DNA of 64,000 bases, from positions 32,001 through 96,000 of the forward strand of contig JAULAX010000018.1 in the NCBI GenBank assembly GCA_032654565.1, in the 5' to 3' direction. The notes beneath the pieces are model-generated. The model was not told where the DNA came from and searched no databases. It was given only the letters and a program-made list of their open reading frames with translations. The number at the start of each line of letters is the position of its first letter. The first letter of the stretch is position 1. The stretch is from Anaeromyxobacteraceae bacterium (GTDB taxonomy: Bacteria > Myxococcota > Myxococcia > Myxococcales > Anaeromyxobacteraceae). Positions 29,771 to 38,419 of the stretch are shown here, one piece after another. A program made the translations under genes and the position numbers.

Positions 29771-30267
29771 GCGCCAGGCTCATGACCAGGCGCCTCACCC
29801 CGGCGCCCCTCCTCGGCGCCCTGCTCCTGGCCGCCGCCTGCGGTCACGGCACCGCGGCGGTGGACGCGGTGGTGGTCGTGGACGCGGACGGGGACGGCTT
29901 CCCGGCCGGCCTGGACTGCGACGACTCGAACCCCCTGGTGCACAGCCTGTTGACGGTCTACCTGGATGGGGACGGAGACGGCGCCGGCGCCGGGGCGCCG
30001 ATCACCAGCTGTTCCAGCGGGGCCGTGCCGCCCGGCTTCTCGCTCACCGGGGACGACTGCGACGATTCCGACCCGTCCCGGTCTCGATGGGTGGTCCTCT
30101 ACCTCGACCAGGACGGCGACGGTGTCGGGGCGGGGTCGAGGTCGATCAGCTGCCTCGGCGCCGGGCTGCCGACCGGCTGGACCCGGCTCGGGTCGGACTT
30201 CGATGATCTCGACCCGGCGGTCTGGCGCGATCCTGGGCAGGACGAGCTGCTCCGGCTGCTCGACTGA
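29767..30267 (+). CDS. Lipoprotein with MopE-like putative metal-binding repeats
   Basis: Lipobox LAAAC; DADGDGF...DCDDSNP, YLDGDGDG...DCDDSDP, YLDQDGDG...DFDDLDP. Confidence 0.8.
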   Translation: MSARLMTRRLTPAPLLGALLLAAACGHGTAAVDAVVVVDADGDGFPAGLDCDDSNPLVHSLLTVYLDGDGDGAGAGAPITSCSSGAVPPGFSLTGDDCDDSDPSRSRWVVLYLDQDGDGVGAGSRSISCLGAGLPTGWTRLGSDFDDLDPAVWRDPGQDELLRLLD

Positions 30268-30330
30268 GCCAGGATCCGGCTTGCGCGGATGCAGTTGCCG
30301 TCGCGACCTGGCGCCCGATAGCCTCCGTCC

Positions 30331-31269
30331 ATGCCCTCCGTCCTGGTCCGCCTCTACGCCGTGTTCGCCGCCACCCCCGCGGGCGGAAACCTCGCCGGGG
30401 TGGTCTACGACGACGCCGGGCTGACGCCGGACCAGATGCAGCAGGTGGCCCGGGACCTGGGCGCGCCCACCACCGGGTTCGTCCGGACCATCGCGGCCGA
30501 TGCGGTGGCCGTCCGCTTCTTCAGCCCGCGCTCGGAGATGGCCATGTGCGGCCACGTCGCCGTCGGGGTCTTCGTCGCACTGGCCGAGGACGGCCGCCTC
30601 GGAGAGGGCGCCGCCATCGCCCGCCGCCTGATCACGGCGGCCGGGGAGCTCGGCATCTCGGTGGAGCGGCGCTCCGGGGCGGTGCAGGTCACCATGCGCC
30701 AGGTGGCGCCGCGGTTCGACCTGGTGGAGGTGGAGGCGGCGGAGCTGGCCGGGCTGCTGGGGCTGGCGACCGAGGATCTGGAGAGCGTCGGCTCGGCCTC
30801 CACTGGGCTCCGCCACCTGCTGGTCGAGGTGCGGGACCTGCAGACGCTCGGCCGGCTGCGCCCGGACGACGCCGGGCTGCGCCTCCTGAGCCGGGAGCGT
30901 GGCCTCGACACCGTCGGCGTCTACGCCTGGCTCGACCCGGCCGGAGGCGTGGCCGACCTGAGGGTGCGGGACCTCTGCCACGGCGTCGGCGATCCGGAGG
31001 AGGCCGCCTCGGGCACGACCAACGGCGCGCTGGCCGCGCTGCTCTGGCGCCGCGGCGCCCTCCGGCCCGTCCAGCCCGGCGGGGTGGTGCGGGTCCGCGC
31101 CGAGCAGGGCGTCGAGATGGGCCGTCCCTGCCTGGTCACCACCGAGCTGGAGATCTCCGGCGGCGCCATCGCGGCGGTGCGGGTGGGCGGCACCGCGACG
31201 CGCCGGATGGCGGGAATCTACCAGCTTGAAGCGGCCATCGCGGCCGCTGGCCCACGGGCCGGCCGGTAG
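30331..31269 (+). CDS. PhzF family epimerase/isomerase
   Basis: GGNLAGVV, RFFSP..EM.MCGH, EEAASGT.NG, EQG.EMGRP. Confidence 0.9.
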   Translation: MPSVLVRLYAVFAATPAGGNLAGVVYDDAGLTPDQMQQVARDLGAPTTGFVRTIAADAVAVRFFSPRSEMAMCGHVAVGVFVALAEDGRLGEGAAIARRLITAAGELGISVERRSGAVQVTMRQVAPRFDLVEVEAAELAGLLGLATEDLESVGSASTGLRHLLVEVRDLQTLGRLRPDDAGLRLLSRERGLDTVGVYAWLDPAGGVADLRVRDLCHGVGDPEEAASGTTNGALAALLWRRGALRPVQPGGVVRVRAEQGVEMGRPCLVTTELEISGGAIAAVRVGGTATRRMAGIYQLEAAIAAAGPRAGR

Positions 31270-31282
31270 GCACCCGGGGGAC

Positions 31283-32485
31283 TCAAGCTGGCCGGGTGAC
31301 CCGGAGCGCCCGCGCCAGCCGGGCCGCGCCCTCCACCAGCCGGGCCTCGCTGGAGTGGCTGAAGTTGAGCCGCAGGGTGTCGCGCCCCTGCCCCTCGGCG
31401 TGGAACTCGCCGCCCGGGACGAAGGCCAGCCCCAGCGCCATGGCCTGCTCCAGCAGCTTCGCCGCGTCGCCCCCGTCGCGCAGCCGGGCCCAGAGGAAGA
31501 GGCCGCCGTGCGGCCGCTCCCAGGCCAGCCGGCCGGCCAGCAGCTCCCGGAGCGCCGTGTCGAGCACGTCGCGACGCGCCCGGTAGGCCGTGCGCAGGCC
31601 GGCGACGTGCTGGTCGAAGGCCGGGTCGCCGAGCAGCCGCAGCATCAGGTGCTGGCCGAAGGTGCTGGTGTGGAGGTCGGCCGGCTGCTTGGCCAGGGTG
31701 AAGCGGCGCAGCAGCGCCACCGGCCCCATCAGGTAGCCGATGCGCAGGCCCGGCACGGCCACCTTGGAGAAGCTCCCCATGTAGAGGCGCCGGTCCGGGT
31801 CGGCCGTCACCGAGATGGGGGGCGGCGCCGGCGCGTCGAACCAGAGCTCCCGGTAGGGGTCGTCCTCCAGCAGCAGCGTGTCCGAGCCCTGCAGCGCCTC
31901 GGCCACTTCCAGGCGCCGGCGCGGCGAGTAGCAGAGGCCGCTCGGGTTCTGGAAGGTGGGCGTCAGGTAGACCAGCTTGGGCCTGCGGCGCAGCGCCTGG
32001 CGGAGCGCCTCCGGGTCGACCCCCTCGCGGTCGCAGGGGAGGAAGGTGACCCGGGCCCCGAAGAAGCGAAAGGCCTGCAGCGCCCCCACGTAGGCCGGCG
32101 TCTCGACCAGGATCTCGTCGCCGGGGTCGAGGAACAGCTTGGCGGCGAGGTCGAGCCCTTGCTGGGAGCCGTGGGTGATGAGGACGCCGGCGGGCTGGAA
32201 GGAGCCGGCCGGGAACGGCGCGCGCTCCAGCACGCGCCGGCGGAGCGCCGGCAGCCCCTCGGTCTCGCTGTACTGGAGAGCCTCCCGGATCTCGGGCGCC
32301 GCGAAGAGCTCCCCGGCCAGCCGCCCCAGCAGCGCCGTCGGGAAGAGCTCGGGCGCCGGCAGCCCGCCCGCGAAGGAGATGACCCCGGGGCGGTTGGCCA
32401 CCTGCAGGAGGTCACGGATGGCCGAGCTCCTCAGGCCCTCGACGCGGCGGGAGAAGGGATAGCTGGGCTCAGGCGCTTCTGGCAT
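31283..32485 (-). CDS. PLP-dependent aminotransferase (LysN/MocR-like)
   Basis: SSAIRDLL, ISFAGGLP, FQNPSG, EDDPY, GSFSKVAVPGLRIG. Confidence 0.92.
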   Translation of the reverse strand: MPEAPEPSYPFSRRVEGLRSSAIRDLLQVANRPGVISFAGGLPAPELFPTALLGRLAGELFAAPEIREALQYSETEGLPALRRRVLERAPFPAGSFQPAGVLITHGSQQGLDLAAKLFLDPGDEILVETPAYVGALQAFRFFGARVTFLPCDREGVDPEALRQALRRRPKLVYLTPTFQNPSGLCYSPRRRLEVAEALQGSDTLLLEDDPYRELWFDAPAPPPISVTADPDRRLYMGSFSKVAVPGLRIGYLMGPVALLRRFTLAKQPADLHTSTFGQHLMLRLLGDPAFDQHVAGLRTAYRARRDVLDTALRELLAGRLAWERPHGGLFLWARLRDGGDAAKLLEQAMALGLAFVPGGEFHAEGQGRDTLRLNFSHSSEARLVEGAARLARALRVTRPA

Positions 32486-32993
32486 GGAGGAGACCTCGCA
32501 CCGCGGTGACGATGGCCTCGGGTGAGGCCGGGCCGCCGTTGTCGATCTCGAGATCCCAGGCCAGGCGGACCTGGGCCGCCCGCCCGTTGATCGCCTCGAC
32601 GTCGGCGTCGGAGACGTCGAGGTGCGCCGCCGGGTCCCGGGTCCGGACCCGCGCGAGGCAGGTCTCCGCCGGCGCCCGGACCGAGACCAGCAGCACGCGG
32701 TATCTCACCCGCAGCGCGCCCAGGAAGGGGAAGAAGGCCTCCGACGCTCCGGTCGACTCCAGGACGACCTGGGGGTTCCTGGCCAGGACCCGCGTGACCT
32801 CCGCGTAGACCTTGGCGTAGCCCTCGGCGTCGCGGGCCGGGCCCGTGGCCCGGGAGCTGCGCAGGTTCTCCAGGAAGATGGGCTCGGCGCGGAGGAAGGG
32901 CAGGCCCAGGCGCTCGCCGATCAGCGAGCCGATGAAGGTCTTGCCGCTCCCCTTGGGCCCGACCAGGAGCAGGACTGTGGAGGCGGCGGCCAT
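32469..32993 (-). CDS. P-loop small-molecule kinase-like protein
   Basis: LLVGPKGSGKT Walker A; CLARVRTR lid motif. Confidence 0.75.
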   Translation of the reverse strand: MAAASTVLLLVGPKGSGKTFIGSLIGERLGLPFLRAEPIFLENLRSSRATGPARDAEGYAKVYAEVTRVLARNPQVVLESTGASEAFFPFLGALRVRYRVLLVSVRAPAETCLARVRTRDPAAHLDVSDADVEAINGRAAQVRLAWDLEIDNGGPASPEAIVTAVRGLLHARSA

Positions 32994-33140
32994 GGCGGGA
33001 CGATACGGCACCGACCACGGCGCGGCCATCCCAGGCGGCCAGCAGGCGCGCAATGCTGGCTTGCGCCGGCGCGGCTGACTCGGACGCGCCGGAGCAGTAG
33101 GACGGGCCAGCAGCGTCCGCAGCCACCACCCGGAGCCCCG

Positions 33141-33611
33141 ATGACCGCCGCCCAGCCGCACGACCCCGCCTGCCTGTTCTGCCAGATCGCCGCGGGCACC
33201 CGCCCCGCCGAGGTGGTCTACCAGTCTTCGAGCGCGGTGGCCTTCCTCGACCGCTTCCCCACCGCGCGCGGTCACACGCTGGTGGTCCCCAGGCAGCACG
33301 CCCCCTCGCTGCTCCAGCTCGACGAGGGGGCCGCCGGGGCCCTGTTCGGCTCGGTGGTCGAGGTGGTGGAGCGGCTCGACGGCGCCCTGCACCCGGCCGG
33401 CTTCAACATCGGCTGGAACCAGGGGGCGGTGGCGGGGCAGACCGTGTTCCACCTGCACGTCCACGTCCTGCCGCGCTTCGGCGGCGGGGGGCTGGGGGTC
33501 CAGTCGATCGGCGAGGGCCCCTTCCCGGAGCCGCTCGAGCAGATCGCCGAGACCATCCGGAGCGTCCGGCGCCTTCCACCGGCCCGGGCCGGCGCGGGCT
33601 CGCGCGGGTGA
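33141..33611 (+). CDS. HIT family hydrolase
   Basis: CLFC, GHTLVVPR, AGQTVFHLHVHVLPR. Confidence 0.92.
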   Translation: MTAAQPHDPACLFCQIAAGTRPAEVVYQSSSAVAFLDRFPTARGHTLVVPRQHAPSLLQLDEGAAGALFGSVVEVVERLDGALHPAGFNIGWNQGAVAGQTVFHLHVHVLPRFGGGGLGVQSIGEGPFPEPLEQIAETIRSVRRLPPARAGAGSRG

Positions 33612-33632
33612 GGGGCGGCCGCCGCGGGCGCG

Positions 33633-34097
33633 CTAGCGCCTGGCCGGGGCCGGTGCGGCCGAGAGCATGGCCCGGGCGCGCCCGGCCAGCTGCTCTGGCA
33701 GCGGGCAGGAGCGGCGGACCCGGGTGTCGAGGTGCACCCCGGTCAGCACGCTGATGGCGGCGACCTCGCCGGACTCCACCTTGATCATCTCGTGCCGGAA
33801 CCGCAGCACCGCCTCCCGGACCTCCAGGAAGCAGGAGCGGACCAGGACCAGGTCGCCGGCCAGCAGCTCGCGGCGGTAGGTGATGTCCTGCTGGACTGCC
33901 ACCATGCCTCGCCCCTGCTCGCGCAGGTAGGAGGGCGTGAGGCCCACCGCAGCGAAGAGCGCCCAGGTGGCCTCGTCGAACTTGCCCGTGTACCACATGA
34001 CGTTCATGTGGCCCATGTGGTCGCAGTGCCACGGGTAGACGACGCCGCGGTAGGTCTCGATGGGCTCGGCCTGTTCCGGCTCGCTCGGTCCGCTCAT
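33633..34097 (-). CDS. Acyl-CoA thioesterase (4HBT-like)
   Basis: VYPWHCDHMGHMNV.WY...FDEA motif. Confidence 0.88.
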   Translation of the reverse strand: MSGPSEPEQAEPIETYRGVVYPWHCDHMGHMNVMWYTGKFDEATWALFAAVGLTPSYLREQGRGMVAVQQDITYRRELLAGDLVLVRSCFLEVREAVLRFRHEMIKVESGEVAAISVLTGVHLDTRVRRSCPLPEQLAGRARAMLSAAPAPARR

Positions 34098-34303
34098 GTG
34101 GGGTGGCTCCGCGCTCCAACTGGTCCCGACCCGTCCCGCCAACTGTAGCCGAAGTGGTGCGGCGGGGCCCTTGCCGGCCTGCAAGGCCAGGTCGCATCCC
34201 TGTCGATGGGCCACGCTTGACAGGTCGCGTCGGGTCGACCAAATGGTCCGGCCATGCCCAGAAGTGAACATGCCCGGAGGACTCCGGGCCGGGGCCCCCG
34301 CCC

Positions 34304-35581
34304 ATGATGGCCGTCCTCCTGGCCGCGCTGCTCGGCGCGGAGGTGGCGCCGGAGGGTGCGCGCCAGCTCGAGCTGGCCGCGGCGCCGGCGCTCGCCTTCC
34401 GTGGCCACCTCGAGTGGCTCAGCGCCGGGCTGGGCGCCGACCTGCGGGAGGGCCCGGTCAACCCTGCCAACCGGGTCCTCGCGCTGCCCCAGCTCACCGC
34501 GATCTCCGAGCTCCGGCCCGAGCTGCGCCTCGAGTACGGCAACCAGCTCACCGCGCTGCTGCGGCCTCGCCTGGCGCTGCAGGTCGAGCGCGCCAGGGTG
34601 GGCGGCGCCTGGGCGGCGGAGCGGTCCTCGGCGTCCGCCGAGTGGATCGAGGCCTACGCCAGCTGGCGGGTCGACGACAGCCTGACGCTCTCCGGCGGCC
34701 GGCAGAGCTTCCAGTGGGGCCCGGCCGAGCTGGTCAGCCCCTCCAACCGGATCTTCCACACCTCCGGCCTCTATCGCGATCCGCTCTACCTGGTGCGCGG
34801 CAAGCAGCTGGCCCGGGTGAACGTCTCGGCGGGCCGCCAGTGGTCGGCGGTGCTGCTGGCCGAGGTCGCGCCCAGCGGCGAGGCGCCCTTCGTGGCCGAC
34901 CAGCCCTTCGAGAGCAAGGCCCAGGTCAAGGTGGAGTACAGCGGGGAGGGCGGAGACCGTTACCTCGGGCTCACCGCGGGCGCCGGCCAGCGGTCGCGAG
35001 CCTGGTTCGGCGAGTACGGCACGGTGCCGCTGGTGGCGGGCCTGACCGCCTACCTGGACGCCCTGCACACGGTGGGGCGCCTGGCCTGGTACCCGGTCGA
35101 GGACGGGGCGGGCGGGGCCACCTTCGCGCAGCGCGGGCTGGAGGGACGCCGCCTGCGGACCATGGTGCTGGGCGGTCTCCGCTATGGCTTCGCGGGCGGG
35201 GCCGACGCCCGCCTCGAGTACCTCTTCGACGAGGCGGGCTGGGACCGAAGCGACCTGACCCTGGCGTCGCGCGCCGCCGCCGCCGACCCGCGCCTGGTGG
35301 GGAGGTACCTGGCGCCTGGGTTCGAGCTGCCAGGGCGGCGGTTCGCCTACCTCTCGGTGCTGCTCCCCGATCTCCCGCCCGGGAAGCGGACCACGGTGCA
35401 GCTGCGCTCCCTGCGTTCCCTGACCGACGGCTCCGGCGCCGCCTTCGCCACGGTGAGCCATGCCGCGACCGACGCGGTGGTCGCCTTCGCGTCGGTGGCG
35501 GCGACCTACGGCAACGGCCTGGGCGCCCTGTCGGCCCTGGCCCGATCCATGGCGACGGCCGGACTGATCGTGAACTGGTGA
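34304..35581 (+). CDS. Putative outer-membrane beta-barrel of an ABC cassette
   Basis: Signal peptide; EAY...GRQSFQWG...SPSN; C-terminal W. Confidence 0.7.
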   Translation: MMAVLLAALLGAEVAPEGARQLELAAAPALAFRGHLEWLSAGLGADLREGPVNPANRVLALPQLTAISELRPELRLEYGNQLTALLRPRLALQVERARVGGAWAAERSSASAEWIEAYASWRVDDSLTLSGGRQSFQWGPAELVSPSNRIFHTSGLYRDPLYLVRGKQLARVNVSAGRQWSAVLLAEVAPSGEAPFVADQPFESKAQVKVEYSGEGGDRYLGLTAGAGQRSRAWFGEYGTVPLVAGLTAYLDALHTVGRLAWYPVEDGAGGATFAQRGLEGRRLRTMVLGGLRYGFAGGADARLEYLFDEAGWDRSDLTLASRAAAADPRLVGRYLAPGFELPGRRFAYLSVLLPDLPPGKRTTVQLRSLRSLTDGSGAAFATVSHAATDAVVAFASVAATYGNGLGALSALARSMATAGLIVNW

Positions 35582-35603
35582 AGGTCCCCAAGGAGGCATC
35601 GAG

Positions 35604-36302
35604 ATGAGCGAGGCGCTGATCCGCATCGAGGCGGTCACCAAGACGTACCAGCTCGGCAAGACCATGGTCCCCGCGCTGCGAGGGGTCTCGCTCGACCTCC
35701 ACCGCGGCGAGTTCACGGCGCTGGTGGGGCCGTCCGGCTCCGGCAAGAGCACGCTCCTCAACCTGGTGGGCGCCATCGACGTGCCGGACACCGGCAAGGT
35801 CTACCTGGAGGGGGTCGACGTCGGGTCGCTGGGCGACGTCGGGCTGAGCCGGCTCCGAAACCGCAAGGTCGGCTTCATCTTCCAGTCCTTCAACCTGGTC
35901 CCGGTGCTCGACGTCCGCGAGAACGTCGAGCTCCCGCTGCTGGTCCACGAGCGGCTGGCGCCCTCCGAGCGCCGGCGCCGCGTCGACCAGGCGCTGGCCG
36001 ACGTCGAGCTCCAGGGCCTGGAGCGGCACCGCCCCGACGAGCTCTCGGGGGGGCAGCGGCAGCGGGTCGCCATCGCCCGCGCCCTGGTCACCACCCCCCT
36101 GCTGGTGCTGGCCGACGAACCGACCGCCAACCTCGACTCGGCCACCGCCAAGCGCATCCTCGACCTGATGGTGGACCTCAACGTCCGCCGCCAGGTGACC
36201 TTCCTCTTCTCGACCCACGACGAGAAGCTGATGGCGCGGGTCGGGCGCCACGTCCAGATCCGCGACGGCCTCATCGTCTCCGGGGAAGGGGCGGCGGCGT
36301 GA
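35604..36302 (+). CDS. ABC ATP-binding protein (LolD/MacB-like)
   Basis: GPSGSGKS, LSGGQRQR, LADEPT, STHD. Confidence 0.93.
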   Translation: MSEALIRIEAVTKTYQLGKTMVPALRGVSLDLHRGEFTALVGPSGSGKSTLLNLVGAIDVPDTGKVYLEGVDVGSLGDVGLSRLRNRKVGFIFQSFNLVPVLDVRENVELPLLVHERLAPSERRRRVDQALADVELQGLERHRPDELSGGQRQRVAIARALVTTPLLVLADEPTANLDSATAKRILDLMVDLNVRRQVTFLFSTHDEKLMARVGRHVQIRDGLIVSGEGAAA

Positions 36303-37651
36303 CCGGCGCCTGGAGGCTCGCCTGGCGTGGCCTGGCCCGCAACCGGCGGCGCAACCTCACCACCGGCCTGGCCATCGCGGTCGGCTACGCCGGGCTGGTG
36401 GTGCTGGGCGGCTACGCAAACCGCATCGAGCACCTGATCCGCACCAGCACCGTCTACCTGCAGCACGGCGGCCACCTCGCCATCTACCGCGAGCACGGCC
36501 TGGGGCGGGCCAGCGCCAGGCCGGCCGCCTACGCCCTGGCGCCGGAGGAGCAGCGGGCCATCGCCGCCATCCTGGCCGCCGACCCGCGGGTCGAGTTCTG
36601 GGGGCGGTACCTCCAGGGGAGCGGCCTGGCCGGGAACGGCTGCACCAGCCGCCCCTTCCAGGCCCTCGGCGTGGAGCTGGCCGCGGAGCGCCGCATCCTC
36701 GAGCACGTCCAGGTGAAGCGCTGGGCCCCCGAGCTGGGTCGCCCGCTCGCCGGGCTGGCGCTGCCCGATGTCCAGGGGGTGGAGGGCGCGGTGGCCCTCT
36801 CGGCCGGGCTGGCGGCGGGCCTGCGGAAGCGCCCCTCGGCGGCCGCTCCGGCGGCGCTGGCCCCGCCCCTCGACTGCGGCGCCCCCGACGCCGACGCGCA
36901 GGTCGCCGCCGACTCCGGCCTCCAGCTGGCCGGGCCGACCTTCGACGGCTCGCTCTCGGCGACCGACGCCCAGCTGGTGGCCATCTTCCGGGGAGCCACG
37001 CCGGAGGAGGACCAGTCGTCGCTGGTGGCGGAGCTCGCCACCCTGCAGCGGCTCTACGACACCGACCGGGTCACCTCGGTGGCGGTGTACCTGCGTGACG
37101 CCGCCGACGCGCCAGCGGTGGCCCGGGACCTGGCCGGCCGGCTGGCGGCCGCCGGCCTGCGGACCTCGGTGTATCGCTACGACGATCCGGCGGTGAACCC
37201 CTACTACGTCGGGACGGTGGGGTTCGTCGGCGCCCTGGTCGGCTTCATCGGGCTGCTGGTCGCGGTGGTGGCGACGCTCTCGGTCCTCAACGCCATGACC
37301 CTGGCCGTCATCGAGCGCACCCGCGAGGTCGGGACGCTCCGGTCGATCGGCTTCACGCGGCGGCAGGTGCTGGCGCTGTTCCTCCGCGAGGCCGCGGCGC
37401 TGGCGGCGCTCGGGACCCTGGCGGGCCTGGCGCTGGGGCTGGCGGCCGTGGTCGCGGTGAACCGGGCCAACGTGCGCTTCGCGGCGCCGGGCTTCGCCGA
37501 CCGCATCCAGCTCCTGCTCCAACCCACCGCGACGCAGTGCCTGGCCATCGCCGCGCTGATCCTCCCGCTCACGCTGGTGGCGACCTGGATCGCCGTACGC
37601 CGCAGGCTCAGGACCGGCGTGGCGGAGCTCCTCACCACGTCCACCGCCTAG
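36299..37651 (+). CDS. ABC permease (LolC/E-FtsX-like)
   Basis: AWRGLARNRRR, ERTREVGTLRSIG. Confidence 0.88.
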   Translation: MTGAWRLAWRGLARNRRRNLTTGLAIAVGYAGLVVLGGYANRIEHLIRTSTVYLQHGGHLAIYREHGLGRASARPAAYALAPEEQRAIAAILAADPRVEFWGRYLQGSGLAGNGCTSRPFQALGVELAAERRILEHVQVKRWAPELGRPLAGLALPDVQGVEGAVALSAGLAAGLRKRPSAAAPAALAPPLDCGAPDADAQVAADSGLQLAGPTFDGSLSATDAQLVAIFRGATPEEDQSSLVAELATLQRLYDTDRVTSVAVYLRDAADAPAVARDLAGRLAAAGLRTSVYRYDDPAVNPYYVGTVGFVGALVGFIGLLVAVVATLSVLNAMTLAVIERTREVGTLRSIGFTRRQVLALFLREAAALAALGTLAGLALGLAAVVAVNRANVRFAAPGFADRIQLLLQPTATQCLAIAALILPLTLVATWIAVRRRLRTGVAELLTTSTA

Positions 37652-37661
37652 GAGGACACCC

Positions 37662-38417
37662 ATGTCACCACTCGTCATCGCCCTGTTCCTGGCCGCCAGC
37701 GCCCCGGCGGCCGCCGTGCCCAGCGCCGCGCCCGCCGGCGCGCCTGGCGCCGCCGCGCTGCTCCGCGACGCCGACCGCGCCCGGGGCGGCCTCGAGCAGG
37801 GCGTGACCTGGACGCTGGAGGTCGAGTCCACCGAGGAGGGGGTGACGCGCCGCCGGACCTTCCTGGTGCGCGCTCGCGGGGTCGATGCCCTCGCCGAGGG
37901 GGTGGCCCCGGCCAGGACCAAGGGGGAGGTCTTCCTGTTCAACGACCGCAGCCTCTGGTTCCTGAAGCCGGGGCAGCGGCGGCCCATCTCGATCTCGGCG
38001 CGCCAGCGGCTCCAGGGCGAGGCCTCCAACGGTGACGTGGCCAGCACCAACTACGCCCGCGACTACCAGGGCCGGGTCGTCGGCGAGGAGCTGGTGGGGG
38101 ACGAGCCTGCCTGGAGGATGGAGCTCCAGGCGCTCCGCCCCGACGTCAGCTACGACCAGATCCGCTACTGGGTCTCCAAGCGGCGCCACCTCGGCCTCAA
38201 GGCCGAGTTCCTCACCGTGAGCGGCGAGTGCTTCAAGACCGCCACCTTCGACTACGCCAACCAGGTGGTGGTGGCCGGCCAGGAGGTTCCGCTGGTGTCC
38301 CGCATGACCATCCGCGACGCCATGGGCGCCGGCAACGTGACTGTGCTCCGCTACCGGGAGCCGCGCGCCGAGCGGCACGCCCCCAGCCTCTTCAACATCA
38401 ACAACGTGGTGAGGTGA
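37662..38417 (+). CDS. LolA-like outer-membrane lipoprotein-sorting protein
   Basis: AGGAGG RBS; signal; RPISISARQRLQGEASNGDV...DY motif. Confidence 0.85.
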   Translation: MSPLVIALFLAASAPAAAVPSAAPAGAPGAAALLRDADRARGGLEQGVTWTLEVESTEEGVTRRRTFLVRARGVDALAEGVAPARTKGEVFLFNDRSLWFLKPGQRRPISISARQRLQGEASNGDVASTNYARDYQGRVVGEELVGDEPAWRMELQALRPDVSYDQIRYWVSKRRHLGLKAEFLTVSGECFKTATFDYANQVVVAGQEVPLVSRMTIRDAMGAGNVTVLRYREPRAERHAPSLFNINNVVR

Positions 38418-38419
38418 CC

